A stretch of 63,733 nucleotides of DNA, the filler included, from Octopus bimaculoides (lineage: Eukaryota): the NCBI RefSeq assembly GCF_001194135.2. It is 9 parts of 7 records of this genome, joined end to end, with 100 filler letters (N's around TTAATTAATTAA, not from the genome) between each part and the next. Parts side by side here need not be neighbours in the genome. Positions count along the whole stretch, not along the records: positions 62,545 to 63,733 come from NW_026353914.1; 8 more parts are not named here. One strand, 5' to 3'. Below are positions 62,550-63,733 of this stretch, piece by piece; the stretch's first letter is position 1, and every line of letters starts with the position of its first letter. The position numbers and the translations under genes were made by a program. The notes beneath the pieces were generated by a model. The model was not told the origin of the DNA and searched no databases. It saw only the letters and a program-made list of their open reading frames with translations.

Positions 62550-62790
62550 GGTGCACCTCATGTGTCACCCGCACATGAGCCAGTCCAGTGGCACTAGCAA
62601 TGATCTCGCTCGAAAATCCTATGACGGCCCCACACAAGAGCCAGTTCAGGTGCACTGGCAACAATCTCGCTCGAAAAATTTCATGTGTCACCCGCACAAG
62701 AGCCAGTCCAGGGGCACCGGCAACGATCCCGCTCGAAAATCCTACGACGGCCCCGCACAAGAGCCAGTCCAGGCGTACCGGCAACGATAT
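62550..62790 (-). repeat. GC-rich tandem array of ~59-bp units (alternating A/B, ~118-bp higher order)
   Basis: Four copies of CCC(G/A)CACA(A/T)GAGCCAGT(C/T)CAG..(A)C(C/T)(G/A)GCAA..AT..CGCTCGAAAA with alternating spacers. Reverse complement matches the 5' modules of the element at 14709. Confidence 0.85.
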
Positions 62791-62965
62791 ATATATATAA
62801 AGAGAATCAAAGGAGAAATGGAAGTATAAACAATTAGAAAATAAATGACAAATGGATAAAAACGACAAAGGAAAGAATTAGAGGTATGGGATAAAACAAT
62901 AAAGATCAAGTTGCAGATATTAGGTAAGAGGGCAAATATTATTTGAAATAGCTGAAAGAGCACTT

Positions 62966-63366
62966 TTACCGATGTATACAGCTGTAAACAGATTCTTTAT
63001 AGGCGTTAACCAGTGTGAGTTTGGAAAAATGGATACATAGTTGTTTGTCCATACAAAGAGAGCAAAAAGATTTCCCTTTATCATAGAGAAAAAATCTTGA
63101 CAAAATTTTCCAATCCAAAGAAAATTGTTTATCACAGTCTTTGAGATGCAAAATTGGATAACTAAGACCTGTAGGATTACGTTTATGAATATATTTAAAT
63201 GTAAAAAGCAATTCCTGTTGAGAATGCAAGTTTTATTTGGACCACAATTACAAAGACTATTGCTATTGATACTATTATTTAAGGAGGGATTATCATTATT
63301 ATTATTAATCTTAATACAGTTATTAAGTGAAACCCTTTTACCATTAAGAATATAGTTGTTATACAA
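62966..63366 (-). mobile_element. Degenerate Penelope-like GIY-YIG fragment (type similar to 1-2025)
   Basis: Asn-rich linker, then CNCGPNKTCILNRNC; second frame LHLKD..FSLDWKILSR..YDKGKSFCSLC..LVNAYKESVYSCIHR*. Confidence 0.7.
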
Positions 63367-63487
63367 AGATGATGAGGGAGTTTCGCCGTCTTGGCTGTTT
63401 GAAAAAGGAAGGGTTTAGAGAGTGAACCAAGGGAGGTAATGGGTGTCAAGGGGAATAACTGATTCCTTAGGATACTTTCTAAGGTTG

Positions 63488-63640
63488 TCAGATTTGAATA
63501 TTGAAGTGTGGTTTATATTTTTGAATGAATAAGTTCTCTTTATTTAGTCGTTCTTGCACTGAAATTGTATCTTTGCACTGGTACAAGGGGAAGATAAGGA
63601 AATTCGGCATTTTATCACCTACACATCTGTTAATATGTCC
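63488..63640 (-). mobile_element. C-terminus of a different Penelope-type GIY-YIG endonuclease
   Basis: ASGHINRCVGDKMPNFLIFPLYQCKDTISVQERLNKENLFIQKYKPHFNIQI* resembles the PLE 'H..C..F.IFPFY..R..KE..FI.K.KP.LN' end. Confidence 0.6.
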
Positions 63641-63733
63641 GCTAGCAAAAACAGGTTGGATTTTGCAACACCCATATATGTAAATATTTATATAAAAAAA
63701 TATTAAACTATGTGAAACGAAGGCATTTTTCTT

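Noticed and set aside
62550-62790. CRISPR-like array or repetitive protein (ORF 62548-62829)
   Set aside because: Spacers are themselves repeated, there are no cas genes, the context is eukaryotic, and the unit matches a SINE module. The ORF is a by-product.

Overview
AT-rich, microsatellite-dense, gap-rich eukaryotic scaffold. The SINE, Penelope, R4 and RTE content suggests a cephalopod (Octopus-like) genome; this is an inference, not a database result. Only one host gene is well supported: a + strand ORF with no intron in its visible part (30371 to >32560, at least 730 aa, running into an N gap). It encodes a predicted signal peptide, a Cys/N-glycan-rich ectodomain and about 9-10 hydrophobic segments. 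I cannot assign it to a family, and its first ~45 codons are duplicated about 524 bp upstream. Most other recognisable sequence is transposon-derived. It includes a full-length but decayed CsRN1-type Gypsy element (two LTRs, tRNA-Trp PBS, PPT, 4-bp TSD), a full-length Tc1-like element with DD36E spacing plus a second partial copy, three mariner remnants and a piggyBac remnant with candidate TTAA-flanked ends. There are also five Penelope-like fragments (one followed by a degenerate hammerhead-like motif), six R4/Dong-clade fragments mostly abutting (TAA)n, RTE, CR1 and Tx1-like fragments, a HINE/Helentron-type element and several SINE families. Eight TTAATTAATTAA linkers inside N runs are assembly artefacts. 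Most short ORFs in the supplied track are microsatellite or gap translations. No CRISPR array, rRNA or genuine tRNA gene was seen.
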